The notes: generated from the sequence alone by a model not told the origin. A stretch of 59,209 nucleotides of DNA from Coleofasciculus chthonoplastes F2-STO-03 (GCA_040222015.1 JAVJWO010000017.1:1-59209), one strand, 5' to 3'. Shown: positions 10,481-21,865, counted from the first letter of the stretch. Numbers and translations: made by a program.

Positions 10481-10725
10481 AGATATTGACCAACAACAGG
10501 TATCTTTGGCTTACCACTTTACTGGGGTGAACCGATCATGATTCAACAGTTGAGCCGTAAGAGACTCAACAGATCCCCTGTCGTTGACAATAATAACTCA
10601 TTTAGCCGAAAAACCCGTACATGACGGCAGAAACTGACCATCAGTTCACCCCACAAACCCGTGTTTGCACCTCGCCTTGAGTTAGGGAAAGGTTGTTACT
10701 GATGGTGTAATTCTGCCGAAATGTG

Positions 10726-11079
10726 CTATATTGCTTCTTTCTCCTGAGTAATATACCTACGCCAAAATCCTGCTAGTTCGCGGGCTTTATCCCGCCAATC
10801 ACCAGAGATCTGATACATACGACGGGGGCGTCCTCGTCCTTCCACTTTTTTCCAATACCCAGTGATTGCCCCAGCTTCTTCCAGAAACTTTAGGGCGCTG
10901 TAAAGAACTGTATCAGACAGTCGATAGGTTGGGTATTCGTGTTCGAGTTGTTGGATCAAGTGAGTGCCATAGGATTCCCCTTCTATGAGGACAGACAACA
11001 CATAACATACGGCTAATTCCTTGTTGAGATAGTTGGGAGGAGGGTCTTGAAAAAACTGATAGATATCCTCAAATTTCAT
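10726..11079 (-). CDS. pex: PadR-family regulator Pex (circadian period extender homologue)
   Basis: FEDIYQFF..PP..YLNKELAVCYVL, ESYGT, YRLSDTVLY and GRGRPRRMY motifs. Start placed at ATG 11079 rather than 11214. Confidence 0.8.
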   Translation of the reverse strand: MKFEDIYQFFQDPPPNYLNKELAVCYVLSVLIEGESYGTHLIQQLEHEYPTYRLSDTVLYSALKFLEEAGAITGYWKKVEGRGRPRRMYQISGDWRDKARELAGFWRRYITQEKEAI

Positions 11080-11570
11080 CTGCATAGTCCGCTGAATATC
11101 CCAGTAAGTCAGATTTGCATGGGATAGTTTTCCTAAAACTAACCATGGTTTCAACACCCTGAAAAAGTTCGGTGCAATGTATCGATCAGCAATGAGCAAT
11201 CTCGGCTTGCTCATTCCTCTGGTACTTTATAACCTCAAAGTATTGAGGTCGTCTAATGCACTCGTTAGTTTGGTTACGGCAGATGCAACAGCACTGAATA
11301 ATCTCCATCAATTTTAGCTAAGTCATGGAGTATTTTTCCAAAAACATCGAGGCTTCCAAGTCCAGATCCAGGGAAAATCGTCCCCTTAGTGTGCAACCTG
11401 AGTGCGTGATCGCATTGCTAGCATTAATAATTTCTACTAGCTTATTGAGCAATAGTCCGCAATATTTTGTTTTCAATTCCTTAACGTTTTCCCTAAGGGG
11501 GTTTCAGACCGTCTATTAGTCACGACTTGGAGATGCTACCCTATTTACGGAGGGGTCTGGAAAACGTTAG

Positions 11571-12032
11571 TTAAACACCCAGTTCTGGATTCGTCTGCCA
11601 AACTTCTTTAATAATCTTACCTGTTTGATCGAAGTCAGCCTGGTAAGACATTGACCAAACCACCATCAGTCCCTGATCAGATTGGGCGGTGATCTGAATT
11701 TGAGCTTTAACCGTGCGATCGCGTCGTTGTTGCTCCAGTACCTGAAAGTCTTTGATATCATACTGGCGGAAAAAGTCCTGCCAAGCTGAGTAGATGGAGA
11801 ACCCCTGATAGGTCTCATTCACATCAGGTACATTGTAGGAGCGCTTAAGAACGGCATGATCACTGTAGCCATAGATTAACAGATCAGGATTAGCTGTTGC
11901 GATCGCCTGCCAGTGTTGTTGAGCTGCAGATAGGGGATTCGTGCTGACCTGATTTTTGTACAACGACAAACTCCAGACTAACGCGATGGCACAGATGGCG
12001 TAGGATAAACGTTGTTTCCAATTGGGTTCCAT
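11571..12032 (-). CDS. exported NTF2/SnoaL-like hypothetical protein
   Basis: N-terminal hydrophobic helix; HWQAIA..YSDHAVL...GKIIKEVW pattern. Confidence 0.55.
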   Translation of the reverse strand: MEPNWKQRLSYAICAIALVWSLSLYKNQVSTNPLSAAQQHWQAIATANPDLLIYGYSDHAVLKRSYNVPDVNETYQGFSIYSAWQDFFRQYDIKDFQVLEQQRRDRTVKAQIQITAQSDQGLMVVWSMSYQADFDQTGKIIKEVWQTNPELGV

Positions 12033-12304
12033 ACGCTTCCTCCATGAGCTGACGTGACGATGAGGTTCCCACCGTAGGGCTAAAGCTTGGCTTTGGCTTT
12101 ATACCTGACCTAACAGACGCACAATCCCCATTAAAAGTTCACTGAGGAATAAGCTAAAGATTATGAAATATAAATGATGAATTATGAAAATTTATAATGA
12201 GTGGCAAAGATTCGTCGGAGTTAGCGTTTGGCTTGCACAAACAACAGTTTTCTAGTTCTCCTGGTTAAATATGAAATAGGTGTCACTCACGGATTCGAGT
12301 CCCC

Positions 12305-12874
12305 ATGCGAGAATTGCCCAATACGTCCTCACTACCCACCCCCCTCCAGCGCATCGCCTTGGTGCTGCGTACCTTTGGCAGAATTGCTTTGTGGGTACAA
12401 TTAGTCCTCGGAGTTGTGTCGCTGGGGATCTTGCTCACCGGAATCGCTGGTCGTACCATTGGACCGACAGACGAGAAACAAGGTGTTGGGTTTGGCATAT
12501 TTTTAGCTATTTGTGGGTTAGTCACGTTAGGTGTGGGTGTCTACATCGCATGGCGCTATACTCGCATTTCCCAACAGTTACTCGTTGGCAATACAGAAAC
12601 ACGACCCAGCAAAGCCGATACCCTTAAAACCATTAGGCTAGGATTAATCGTCAATATGGCGGGCATGCTATTGACAATTGTGGGTGCCCAAGCCATCATC
12701 GGCAGCATTGTGATCCGCTCGATTTCCCAACCCTCTGGCTTGACGGTGTACGAAGCCAATCGATTCGTGCGACCCTTAGACTTATTCTTGGTACAGGCGA
12801 ATATCAACACCATTACGGCTCATTTTGCGGGTATCGCCATTGCTATTTGGCTGTTCAATCGCATTAATCGGTGA
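12305..12874 (+). CDS. DUF3611 family membrane protein (Tic21/PIC1-like)
   Basis: WVQLVLGVVS and LDLFLVQANINTITAHF motifs; about 4 TM helices. Confidence 0.8.
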   Translation: MRELPNTSSLPTPLQRIALVLRTFGRIALWVQLVLGVVSLGILLTGIAGRTIGPTDEKQGVGFGIFLAICGLVTLGVGVYIAWRYTRISQQLLVGNTETRPSKADTLKTIRLGLIVNMAGMLLTIVGAQAIIGSIVIRSISQPSGLTVYEANRFVRPLDLFLVQANINTITAHFAGIAIAIWLFNRINR

Positions 12875-12942
12875 TTCGTCATTTGTCATTAGTCATTAGT
12901 CCTTCGTCATTAGTCCTTTTTGCCCAGTATCCATAAAAATCT

Positions 12943-14226
12943 GTGCTTGACCTAAAGCAAATCCGAGAAAATCCCCAAAGCGTTCAAGAACGCCTAGAAA
13001 AACGCGGGGCGGGTCAGTATGACCTCCAGCCCATTTTGGACTTGAATCAGCGTCAACGGGAACTAGAAACCTCCCGTAGTCGCCTGCAAGCCCGTAGTAA
13101 CGAAATTGGTAAACTCATCGGTCAAAAAATTAAAGCCGGGAGTCCCCCTGACGCGCCAGAAACCCAACAACTGCGAGAGGAAGGTAATCAGGTTAAAACC
13201 CAAATTAGTGAACTAGAACCTCAAGAAAAAGAACTTAAAGCAGAAATTGAGGCGCTATTACTCTCCCTACCCAATCTACCCAGTCCCTCAACTCCCGTTG
13301 GTCAGAGTGAAGCGGAAAATGTCGAGGTGCGCCGTTGGGGTGACGAGTATATTCCCCAGAATGACAAGATTTTACCCCATTGGGAAATTGGCGAAACCCT
13401 CGGTATTCTCAATTTTGAGCGGGCGGTGAAAGTGGCACAAAGTCGTTTTGTCAGTCTAATCGGTGTCGGTGCTGCCTTAGAGCGGGCGCTGATTAGTTTT
13501 ATGCTAGATCGACAAATTGCCGCAGGCTATGTGGAAGTAATCCCACCGATACTGATTAACAGCCGCTCATTAACAGCGACGGGTCAACTGCCCAAATTTG
13601 CCGAAGAAAGCTTCAAATGTGATAGCGATGATCTATGGCTTTCGCCTACGGCGGAAGTCCCCTTAACTAATCTTTACCGTGACGAAATTCTAGACGCCTC
13701 CCAACTCCCTATTTATCACTGCGCCTATACACCCTGCTTTCGCCGAGAAGCTGGTAGCTACGGGCGAGATACTAAAGGACTGATTCGACTGCACCAGTTT
13801 AATAAAGTTGAACTGGTTAAAATTGTTCATCCGAGTACCTCGGAAGCTGAACATGAAAAACTGGTGGAAAATGCTGCTGCCATTTTAGAGGCGTTAAAAC
13901 TTCCTTACCGTGTTATTGAACTCTGTACGGGGGATCTAGGATTCTCTGCCACAAAATGCTATGACTTAGAAGTGTGGCTTCCTTCTTCTGGAAAATACCG
14001 TGAAATTTCGAGTTGTTCCAATTGCGGTGATTTCCAAGCGCGACGCGGTAGTCTACGCTTTAAGGAAGCGGGCAAAAAAGGAACTCAGTTTGTCCATACC
14101 TTGAATGGCTCTGGATTAGCCGTTGGGCGCACCCTATCGGCAATTTTGGAGAATTATCAGCAACCTAACGGTACAGTGAAAATACCAGAGGTTCTACACT
14201 CCTATATGGGACGCGAGGTGATGTAG
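12943..14226 (+). CDS. serS: serine--tRNA ligase
   Basis: [40 protein letters not shown] and [12 protein letters not shown] motifs. Confidence 0.98.
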   Translation: MLDLKQIRENPQSVQERLEKRGAGQYDLQPILDLNQRQRELETSRSRLQARSNEIGKLIGQKIKAGSPPDAPETQQLREEGNQVKTQISELEPQEKELKAEIEALLLSLPNLPSPSTPVGQSEAENVEVRRWGDEYIPQNDKILPHWEIGETLGILNFERAVKVAQSRFVSLIGVGAALERALISFMLDRQIAAGYVEVIPPILINSRSLTATGQLPKFAEESFKCDSDDLWLSPTAEVPLTNLYRDEILDASQLPIYHCAYTPCFRREAGSYGRDTKGLIRLHQFNKVELVKIVHPSTSEAEHEKLVENAAAILEALKLPYRVIELCTGDLGFSATKCYDLEVWLPSSGKYREISSCSNCGDFQARRGSLRFKEAGKKGTQFVHTLNGSGLAVGRTLSAILENYQQPNGTVKIPEVLHSYMGREVM

Positions 14227-14265
14227 AGACGTAGCATGCTACGTCTCTACATCACCTTTTCTTTT
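14216..14265 (+). terminator. 42-bp perfect palindrome plus U-tract overlapping the serS stop (REP-derived, probable intrinsic terminator)
   Basis: AGGTGATGTAGAGACGTAGCATGCTACGTCTCTACATCACCT running into a T-rich tract. Confidence 0.7.
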
Positions 14266-14365
14266 ACCGCAGGGCGTAACCTTACGAACCAGTGGTCATC
14301 TGCCCAAGTATTGAAAGCGGCAACGTACAATAGAAAGGACGCAAGCAATCGTTACATTACTTCTT

Positions 14366-15466
14366 ATGTCAATTTTGGCGGCGATCGCAGTCTTGGCGGT
14401 TTTAATTGTGGTGCATGAGCTGGGTCACTTTATGGCAGCTCGTTTGCAGGGAATTTATGCCAATCGCTTTTCCTTGGGTTTTGGTCCAGTCCTGTGGAAA
14501 TACCAAGGACCCGATACGGAATATGCGATACGCGCTTTCCCCTTAGGCGGATTTGTGGGGTTCCCTGATGATGACCCCGATAGCGATATCCCTCCAGATG
14601 ACCCAAATTTACTCCGCAATCGACCCGTTTTAGACCGAGCGATTGTAATTAGTGCTGGGGTCATTGCTAACCTAATTTTTGCTTACTTTCTTCTGGTGGT
14701 GCAGGTGGGAACGGTGGGAATTACTGATTTCAATTACCAGCCGGGAGTACAGGTTCCAGAAATTGCCGCAGAAAGTAGCTTAGTAGCGAAACAAGCAGGG
14801 ATTAAACCCGGTGATGTTATCTTAGCGGTTGAGGAGCAACCCTTGGGAGCCAGTCGGAATGCAATCCTTACCCTAATGACCGAAATTCAAAACTCTCCCA
14901 ACCAACCCCTAGAACTGTCGATTAAACGGGGTGAACAAACCTTGTCCCTGGATGTGACGCCAGAACCCGGAGACGATGGCAAAGGTAAAATTGGCGTGCA
15001 ACTGGCACCCAATGGGGAGATAGTCCGCAAGTACGCTGACGGACTTGTCGAGATGTTTACGATTGCGGCTGACGAATATCAGCGCCTGAGTACTGAAATT
15101 GCCAAGGGTTTTGGTCAACTGATTAGCAACTTTAGTGAAACGGCTGAACAAGTATCCGGTCCGGTAGCGATTGTGGCAATTGGCGCGAATATTGCCCGTT
15201 CTGATGCGGGAAATCTGTTTCAGTTTGCGGCGTTGATTAGCATCAATTTGGCGATTATTAATATCTTGCCCTTACCCGCACTGGATGGGGGTCAACTGGC
15301 ATTTTTAGCGATCGAGGGAATTCGCGGCAAACCTATCCCTACAGAAGTTCAGCAAAATATTATGCAAACGGGATTGGTTTTACTTTTAGGGTTAGGACTT
15401 TTCCTGATTGTGCGGGATACGGCAAATTTAGTTCCCTCAAGTTGGGTGCAAAATTTGTTCCAATGA
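14366..15466 (+). CDS. rseP: RIP metalloprotease RseP
   Basis: HELGH, PLGG, PDZ domain and NILPLPALDGG motifs. Confidence 0.95.
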   Translation: MSILAAIAVLAVLIVVHELGHFMAARLQGIYANRFSLGFGPVLWKYQGPDTEYAIRAFPLGGFVGFPDDDPDSDIPPDDPNLLRNRPVLDRAIVISAGVIANLIFAYFLLVVQVGTVGITDFNYQPGVQVPEIAAESSLVAKQAGIKPGDVILAVEEQPLGASRNAILTLMTEIQNSPNQPLELSIKRGEQTLSLDVTPEPGDDGKGKIGVQLAPNGEIVRKYADGLVEMFTIAADEYQRLSTEIAKGFGQLISNFSETAEQVSGPVAIVAIGANIARSDAGNLFQFAALISINLAIINILPLPALDGGQLAFLAIEGIRGKPIPTEVQQNIMQTGLVLLLGLGLFLIVRDTANLVPSSWVQNLFQ

Positions 15467-15593
15467 AATAGTTTTGAGTTTTGAGTGTGTAGGGGCGGGT
15501 TTAACTACTATCGTTTTTTACCTCACCCAGATGTAACTAAACCCGCCCTGACTAAGTTTTAAGTTTAGAGAGATAGCTACGTCTAAATTTTGC

Positions 15594-16253
15594 ATGAGCA
15601 TCACCCGTAAATGGTCTGCTAAACAGCAACGGGCATTGGAGATTTTGATTCGCCTGAAGCGACTTTATCCGGATGCTCACTGTACACTCAACTATGACAC
15701 TCCTGTACAGTTACTGGTGGCGACGATTCTCTCGGCACAATGTACGGATGAACGAGTGAATCAGGTGACACCGGAGTTGTTTCGCCAATTCCCTAATGCT
15801 CTTGCGATCGCGCAGGCGGATATTGAGGTGCTGGAAGCCTTGGTGCGTCCGACTGGATTCTATCGCAATAAGGCGAAAAATATTCAAGGGGCTTGTCGGA
15901 TGATCGTCGCCGATTTTGGCGGTCAGATTCCGAGACGTATGGAACTGCTGATCAAATTACCGGGTGTAGCTCGCAAAACTGCCAATGTTGTACTAGCCAA
16001 TGCTTTTGATATCCATGAAGGGGTGACAGTGGATACTCATGTCAAGCGCTTGACTCAGCGTCTGGGCTTGACGGAACATAGTGACCCCATTCGCATCGAA
16101 CGTGATTTAATGCGACTGTTGCCTGTGGAAGACTGGGAAAACTGGTCAATTCGCTTAATTTACCATGGTCGGGCAATTTGTCAGGCGAAGAAGCCGAAGT
16201 GCGACGCTTGCTTACTGGCTGATTTATGTCCCAGTGCTAGGATTGAGGGATGA
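15594..16253 (+). CDS. nth: endonuclease III
   Basis: LSAQCTD, HhH LPGVARKTANV, VDTHV and C-x6-C-x2-C-x5-C cluster. Confidence 0.97.
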   Translation: MSITRKWSAKQQRALEILIRLKRLYPDAHCTLNYDTPVQLLVATILSAQCTDERVNQVTPELFRQFPNALAIAQADIEVLEALVRPTGFYRNKAKNIQGACRMIVADFGGQIPRRMELLIKLPGVARKTANVVLANAFDIHEGVTVDTHVKRLTQRLGLTEHSDPIRIERDLMRLLPVEDWENWSIRLIYHGRAICQAKKPKCDACLLADLCPSARIEG

Positions 16254-16320
16254 TGGGGAGCAGAGGGAGCTGGGGGAGCTGGGGGAGCTGGGGGAGCTGG
16301 GGGAGCTGGGGAAGATGGGA
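16254..16320 (+). repeat. (GGGGGAGCT)n tandem repeat
   Basis: Four near-perfect units plus degenerate flanks immediately after the nth stop. Confidence 0.92.
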
Positions 16321-16442
16321 GACAAAATTTCTATAACCCATTACCCTATTGCCTATTGCCTGACCAATGACCAATGACAAAGGACGAATGACAAAGATAA
16401 GATAGGAAACAGTGTCTTTATTTAGGGAAACGCCAAAGACTC

Positions 16443-16745
16443 ATGGCTAAAAAAGGAATGATTGAGCGCGAGAAAAAGCGCAAGAAGCTGGTTGAGAAGT
16501 ATGCGGCTAAGCGAGCAGCACTGAAAGAACAGTTTGATAATGCGTCCTCTCCGGCTGAGAAACTAGAGATTCACCGGAAGATCCAACAGTTACCCCGCAG
16601 TAGTGCGCCGAATCGGGTACGGAATCGCTGTTGGGTAACCGGGCGTCCCCGGGGCTACTATCGGGATTTTGGTCTATCTCGCCATGTGCTGCGGGAATGG
16701 GCGCATAAAGGATTACTACCAGGAGTAGTCAAGTCGAGTTGGTAG
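16443..16745 (+). CDS. rpsN: 30S ribosomal protein S14
   Basis: [10 protein letters not shown]...[12 protein letters not shown]...LPGVVKSSW. Confidence 0.98.
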   Translation: MAKKGMIEREKKRKKLVEKYAAKRAALKEQFDNASSPAEKLEIHRKIQQLPRSSAPNRVRNRCWVTGRPRGYYRDFGLSRHVLREWAHKGLLPGVVKSSW

Positions 16746-16808
16746 ATTTGGGTCATTGGTCAATCGTTCTTAACCAAAGATAAAGGACAAAAGACCAATG
16801 ACTGATGA

Positions 16809-17138
16809 CTAATTCCCACAGCAACGGTCAATACCCAGACTGTCGAGGAGCAAATCGCTAACCGCGTTGGCGATCGCGAATTCACTATAGAAGCTTTCTC
16901 GGAAGTCGAAAGCCTGCATTTCGGTGACAATGGCAATGACCAAAGAACCGACATCGTTTTCGCCTTCTAAGCGTTGGCGGACAAAGATTTGGGAGGCGCG
17001 ATCGGCAATGTCCTGATTGGCTGGTTCGGGTAAAAATTCATGATCCAGCCAGTACACCAAAGCGTCTCGCAACCATTTTCCTTCCTGCTGGGCATTTTCA
17101 GCAGGGGGAAGGGTAACTGGGGGAATGGGTTCAGCCAT
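16809..17138 (-). CDS. conserved cyanobacterial/plastid hypothetical protein
   Basis: WLDHEFLPE...SFYSEFAIANAVSDLL motif. Confidence 0.75.
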   Translation of the reverse strand: MAEPIPPVTLPPAENAQQEGKWLRDALVYWLDHEFLPEPANQDIADRASQIFVRQRLEGENDVGSLVIAIVTEMQAFDFRESFYSEFAIANAVSDLLLDSLGIDRCCGN

Positions 17139-17353
17139 AAAATGTCAAACGTTAGCTGTCTACAATACATACTGTTTAAATTTTGTCAACCTCAAAAGTT
17201 GAGGTCGTGTGACCAGCATAATTGAGAAATTAATCTTTGATTTAATCAGGGAGATGTCACTTTTAAGCATAGCGAAATTATGTCTGATCAGGGAAATCTT
17301 AAAATGGTGTTTAGCGATTCGAGAACAGGGACTCTCAACCGAGTTCTAGTACT

Positions 17354-17941
17354 ATGGAGTTAAATATTCCGACAATAATTCAAGGATATGCTCAAGGCTA
17401 TTTTTTGATGGCGGATGAAACCCGATCACTAGGGTGGTACTCTAGTCGCCAGCGAGCAATCATTCCCTTAGATGAGCGGTTTCGCTATCCTAAATCTCTA
17501 CAACGGGTTCTCAATCAGAAGCGGTTTAGCATGGCAATTAACCGAGATTTTAAAGGAGTTGTGGCAGGTTGTGCCAATCGGGAAAGCACCTGGATTTCTC
17601 CGGAACTCCAGGAAATTTATTGGTTACTTTATCAGGAAGGTTGGGCGTATAGCTTTGAAACGTGGCAAGGAAATGAACTAGCGGGTGGGATTTTAGGGAT
17701 TGTGATTGGCGGCGCGTTTATTGGCGAATCCATGTTTTATCGGATTCCCGAAGGCTCGAAGGTGGCGTTAGTCAAATTAGTCGAGCGGTTGCGATCGCGC
17801 GGCTTTTTGTTGTTTGATGTACAAATGATGAATCCTCACTTGGCTCGCTTTGGCGCTTGTACGATAGAGGAGCAAAAGTATCAGGTGCTACTACGACAGG
17901 CGTTGCGACGGCGATGTTATTTTGATCGGATTCCGGTTTGA
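17354..17941 (+). CDS. aat: leucyl/phenylalanyl-tRNA--protein transferase
   Basis: [25 protein letters not shown] and HLARFGA motifs. Confidence 0.95.
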   Translation: MELNIPTIIQGYAQGYFLMADETRSLGWYSSRQRAIIPLDERFRYPKSLQRVLNQKRFSMAINRDFKGVVAGCANRESTWISPELQEIYWLLYQEGWAYSFETWQGNELAGGILGIVIGGAFIGESMFYRIPEGSKVALVKLVERLRSRGFLLFDVQMMNPHLARFGACTIEEQKYQVLLRQALRRRCYFDRIPV

Positions 17942-18053
17942 ATCAGGAAATTGAGAATTAAAAAGAGACAACAGCCAGGGATTGAGGGTTTTTACAATTC
18001 TTAACTCACTTAACCAAATTCCCTTAAACTTAGATTCCCTGGCTATTGAAGAC

Positions 18054-20681
18054 TTAACCAGATTGAGTGGTCAACAACTCCGCAGGTAAACGCTTGAATG
18101 TCAGCCGTTCGTTCTCCACATCCACAAATATGGTATCACCGTCGCTAAACTCACCCCGCAGCATGGCTTTAGCCAATTGGGTTTCTAATTTCCGCTGAAT
18201 CGCCCGCTTCAAGGGACGAGCGCCAAATACTGGATCATACCCAACTTCAGCTAAGTAATCGATCGCGGCTTCTGATAGCTTCAGCGACATTTGCCGTTCG
18301 GCTAGGCGGGTTTCCAGTAGCTGGGTTTGTAGGGACACGATATGGCGTAACTGGTGTTTTTGCAGGGCGTGGAATATAATTACTTCATCAATCCGGTTCA
18401 AGAACTCTGGACGGAAGCTGGTTCGCATCGCATCCATTACCCGTCCCCGCATTTCGTCATAATGGGTATCATCCCCGGCTAAGTCGAGAATGTACTGTGA
18501 CCCAATATTGCTGGTCATGATAATCACAGTATTCTTGAAGTCTACCGTATGTCCTTGAGCATCAGTAACCCGACCATCATCGAGGATTTGCAGCATGATA
18601 TTGAACACATCATTATGCGCCTTCTCGATTTCGTCGAAGAGAATCACCGCATAGGGGCGTCGCCGAATCGATTCGGTTAACTGACCCCCTTCTTCATAAC
18701 CAACATAGCCGGGAGGTGCACCAATCAGGCGAGAGACAGCGTGTTTTTCCATGTATTCGGACATATCAATCCGCACCAAGGCGTCTTCGGTGTCGAAGAG
18801 ATAGGCGGCGAGGGCTTTTGCCAATTCGGTTTTACCGACACCCGTGGGACCGAGGAAAATGAAGCTAGCGGTGGGACGATTGGGATCAGATAATCCTGCA
18901 CGCGATCGCTGAATTGCATCGGCTACCGCAGTAACGGCTTCTTCTTGTCCCACGACTCGTTGATGCAGTTCGTCTTCGAGTTGTAGGAGTTTCTCTTTCT
19001 CGGATTCTACCAGTTTGCTGATCGGAATTCCGGTCCACTTGGAGATAATTTCAGCAATATCGGATTCGGTAACTTCTTCCCGTAGTAGAGACTTACCACT
19101 GGTTTGGGTATCATTTAACTGGCGTTCCGAGGCTTGTAAGGATTGTTGTAACTGGGCGAGTTTCCCGTATTTGAGTTCAGCCGCCCGATTCAGGTTGTAT
19201 TCCCGTTCGGCTTGAGAGATTTCTATATTCACCCGGTCAATTTCTTCTTTAATCCCTTGAATCCGATCCAGAACGTCTTTTTCAGATTGCCATTGGGCGT
19301 TTAGGGTGCGTTGTGCTTCTTTGAGGTTTGCCAGTTCTTGTTCCAGGCGATCTAAGCGTTCCATGGAGGCTGGATCATTGTCTTTTTGTAAAGACAGCTT
19401 CTCCATTTCCAGTTGCAGGATTTTGCGATCGATTTCATCGAGTTCTTCCGGTTTGGAGGTAATCTCCATTTTCAGTCGGGCGGCGGATTCATCGACTAAA
19501 TCAATAGCTTTATCCGGGAGGAAGCGATCGCTAATATACCGGGTGGAGAGTGTGGCGGCGGCGACTAAGGCGCTATCGGAGATTTTAACGCCGTGGTGAA
19601 CTTCGTAGCGTTCTTTTAACCCTCTGAGGATGGAGATGGTATCCACCACACTGGGTTGATCGACGAAGACTTGTTGGAAACGCCGTTCTAATGCGGCATC
19701 TTTTTCTAAATATTTGCGATACTCGTCTAAGGTTGTCGCGCCAATACAGCGCAACTCCCCTCTAGCCAGCATGGGTTTGAGTAAATTCCCCGCATCCATC
19801 GATCCTTGTGTCGCCCCTGCACCGACAACGGTATGGATTTCATCAATGAACATGATGATTTGTCCTTTGGAGTCGGTGACTTCTTTGAGAACGGCTTTCA
19901 ATCGTTCTTCAAATTCACCTCGGAACTTCGCCCCGGCGATTAACGCCCCCATATCCAGGGCGATTAATTTCCGATCCTTCAGGGATTGGGGAACATCGCC
20001 AGCGACAATCCGCTGTGCCAATCCTTCTGCGATCGCGGTTTTACCCACTCCGGGTTCCCCAATCAGAACTGGGTTATTTTTGGTGCGACGGGAGAGAATT
20101 TGTACCGTGCGGCGAATCTCATCATCTCGCCCAATCACGGGGTCAAGTTTACCTTCTCTAGCGGCTTCGGTTAAATCCCGTCCATATTTCTCTAGGGCTT
20201 CATATTTGCCTTCTGGGTTTTGATCAGTCACAGTTTGGTTCCCCCGAATCTGGGTAATCGTATTTCTCAGTGTTTGTTCGTCTAGTTTAAATTCCTGAAA
20301 TAGGCTTTTGCCAAAGCGATCGTCTTTCACATACGCTAACATCAGATGCTCTACGGAGATGTAGTCATCGTTAAATTCTTTACGGTAAGCATCAGCCCGA
20401 TCTAATAAGGTATCCAAGCTACGCCCCATATAAATCGAGGAACTACTCCCAGACACCTTGGGTTGACGCTGGATAAAGGCGTCGGTGGCTTCCCGGATGC
20501 GCTGCACGGGGATTTGGGCTTTATTGAGAATGCTAATTGCCAGCCCTTCTTGATCCAGCAGCGCTTTCATCAAATGTTCGCTTTCAATTTGTTGTTGCTG
20601 GGCGGCTTTAACCACATCTGGGGTTTGGGCGAGGGCTTCCCAGGCTTTTTCGGTAAACAGATTAGGATTATTGGGTTGCAT
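18054..20681 (-). CDS. clpB: ATP-dependent chaperone ClpB
   Basis: Two AAA+ modules ([16 protein letters not shown]) with a long coiled-coil middle domain. Confidence 0.98.
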   Translation of the reverse strand: MQPNNPNLFTEKAWEALAQTPDVVKAAQQQQIESEHLMKALLDQEGLAISILNKAQIPVQRIREATDAFIQRQPKVSGSSSSIYMGRSLDTLLDRADAYRKEFNDDYISVEHLMLAYVKDDRFGKSLFQEFKLDEQTLRNTITQIRGNQTVTDQNPEGKYEALEKYGRDLTEAAREGKLDPVIGRDDEIRRTVQILSRRTKNNPVLIGEPGVGKTAIAEGLAQRIVAGDVPQSLKDRKLIALDMGALIAGAKFRGEFEERLKAVLKEVTDSKGQIIMFIDEIHTVVGAGATQGSMDAGNLLKPMLARGELRCIGATTLDEYRKYLEKDAALERRFQQVFVDQPSVVDTISILRGLKERYEVHHGVKISDSALVAAATLSTRYISDRFLPDKAIDLVDESAARLKMEITSKPEELDEIDRKILQLEMEKLSLQKDNDPASMERLDRLEQELANLKEAQRTLNAQWQSEKDVLDRIQGIKEEIDRVNIEISQAEREYNLNRAAELKYGKLAQLQQSLQASERQLNDTQTSGKSLLREEVTESDIAEIISKWTGIPISKLVESEKEKLLQLEDELHQRVVGQEEAVTAVADAIQRSRAGLSDPNRPTASFIFLGPTGVGKTELAKALAAYLFDTEDALVRIDMSEYMEKHAVSRLIGAPPGYVGYEEGGQLTESIRRRPYAVILFDEIEKAHNDVFNIMLQILDDGRVTDAQGHTVDFKNTVIIMTSNIGSQYILDLAGDDTHYDEMRGRVMDAMRTSFRPEFLNRIDEVIIFHALQKHQLRHIVSLQTQLLETRLAERQMSLKLSEAAIDYLAEVGYDPVFGARPLKRAIQRKLETQLAKAMLRGEFSDGDTIFVDVENERLTFKRLPAELLTTQSG

Positions 20682-20830
20682 AGTCAGTTGTTACCGTAGA
20701 GAATTTATTTAACTGACCTCATTGTAGGAAGCGGGTGGGGGTGGCTGGATCGGTGTTCACGGCTTTTTTACGGCGTATTTCAGCACCAGACTCGAAAAAG
20801 GCAGGAGGCAGAAGGCAGAAGGGAACAGTA

Positions 20831-20929
20831 AGCTGTTCGGCATTTAAATCTTAATGTTAACAATGGCGCAATGCTTGTAGTGCGAGCATCTTGCTCGCTA
20901 CTAATACCCAATTTAAATGGATGACAGCT
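20831..20929. mobile_element. 99-bp MITE-like element flanked by TA, carrying an internal REP hairpin
   Basis: Ends AGCTGTTCGGCATTTAAAT / ATTTAAATGGATGACAGCT; TA at 20829-30 and 20930-31; internal GTAGTGCGAGCATCTTGCTCGCTAC. Partial copies near 56757 and 58770-58822. Confidence 0.7.
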
Positions 20930-20945
20930 TACCTGGAAATAAATT

Positions 20946-21662
20946 TTGTTAACGTCTTTAATAATTATAAAAAAAGTGAAAAAATCACTAAAGATACTCG
21001 CCATACCAGTTGCAATTGTTGCCGTATATTTGTTTTGGGTACTCATTATCCAACCTGACGCCTCTGTGATTTACGAAGATGGAGACTCGACTAAGCGGGT
21101 AATAGGCATAGAAAATTTACAAATAAAGGATAGGGTATTTGATGTAGATTTTGTGGGAGGTAGTTTCAATGACAACTTCGACTTGAGCGGGACAGATAGT
21201 AGTAAAATGGCTCCAAGATTTTGGAATGACTACAAGGGAGCTAGTTGTGCCGCATTGACAATTGGGGCAAAGTTGGACTCTTCCAAATTTACAGTTAGTG
21301 ATTCTACTTATAGGAATTACAAGTCAGACAGATTCTATGTTCCTTTCAAGATGGATGAAAGTGGCAGGGTTTATGCGGCGAATGACCGTTATGCAGATCC
21401 TAACAGAGATCAGATCAATAATCGGTTATACTTAGATGTAACAAGCTGCTGTGTCGATGTTGGGCGTTCATCTTCTGTATGGGCGAAATTCAAGGAAAAA
21501 GAGCCACCACCTTTGATGATACCAGATTACTCATGTTCTCTCTGTTCAGGTTTTCTAGAAATTATTTCATTTTTTATTATTATTGATTCTATATTTCTGG
21601 GATTTGTTGGACTTTTCTACTTGATGTCCCGCCGACAAAACTCCATAGAATCGCAAAATTAA
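20946..21662 (+). CDS. AT-rich hypothetical membrane-anchored or exported protein
   Basis: 238-aa ORF with N- and C-terminal hydrophobic segments, the latter followed by RR. Start uncertain. Confidence 0.6.
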   Translation: MLTSLIIIKKVKKSLKILAIPVAIVAVYLFWVLIIQPDASVIYEDGDSTKRVIGIENLQIKDRVFDVDFVGGSFNDNFDLSGTDSSKMAPRFWNDYKGASCAALTIGAKLDSSKFTVSDSTYRNYKSDRFYVPFKMDESGRVYAANDRYADPNRDQINNRLYLDVTSCCVDVGRSSSVWAKFKEKEPPPLMIPDYSCSLCSGFLEIISFFIIIDSIFLGFVGLFYLMSRRQNSIESQN

Positions 21663-21844
21663 ATCAGGTTATTTTTAGGATTTTATATTTGTCAATGTCT
21701 TTCGATAGTTACGCTGATTTTTTTGCTGGCAGTTTTATTCAAGATGTTATCACAGAGCATCAATTAAGACTGTTAATTTTTGACCCAGAGAGAGAGGAGG
21801 TTGTTTTATGGATAAACTAAACTATAGTCAACTGGTGCAAGGCA

Positions 21845-21865
21845 TCCTGAAACGTCATGTAGGCA
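21845..21865 (+). repeat. 21-bp direct repeat, left copy (TCCTGAAACGTCATGTAGGCA)
   Basis: Identical to 23186-23206. Confidence 0.9.

Noticed and set aside
11080..11214. N-terminal extension of Pex
   Set aside because: Recognisable similarity begins at MKFEDIY; the extension is unsupported, though not excluded.
19015..20699. Antisense ORFs within clpB (likewise in apcE, cyaC and rseP)
   Set aside because: Shadow ORFs of strongly coding genes with no recognisable motifs.
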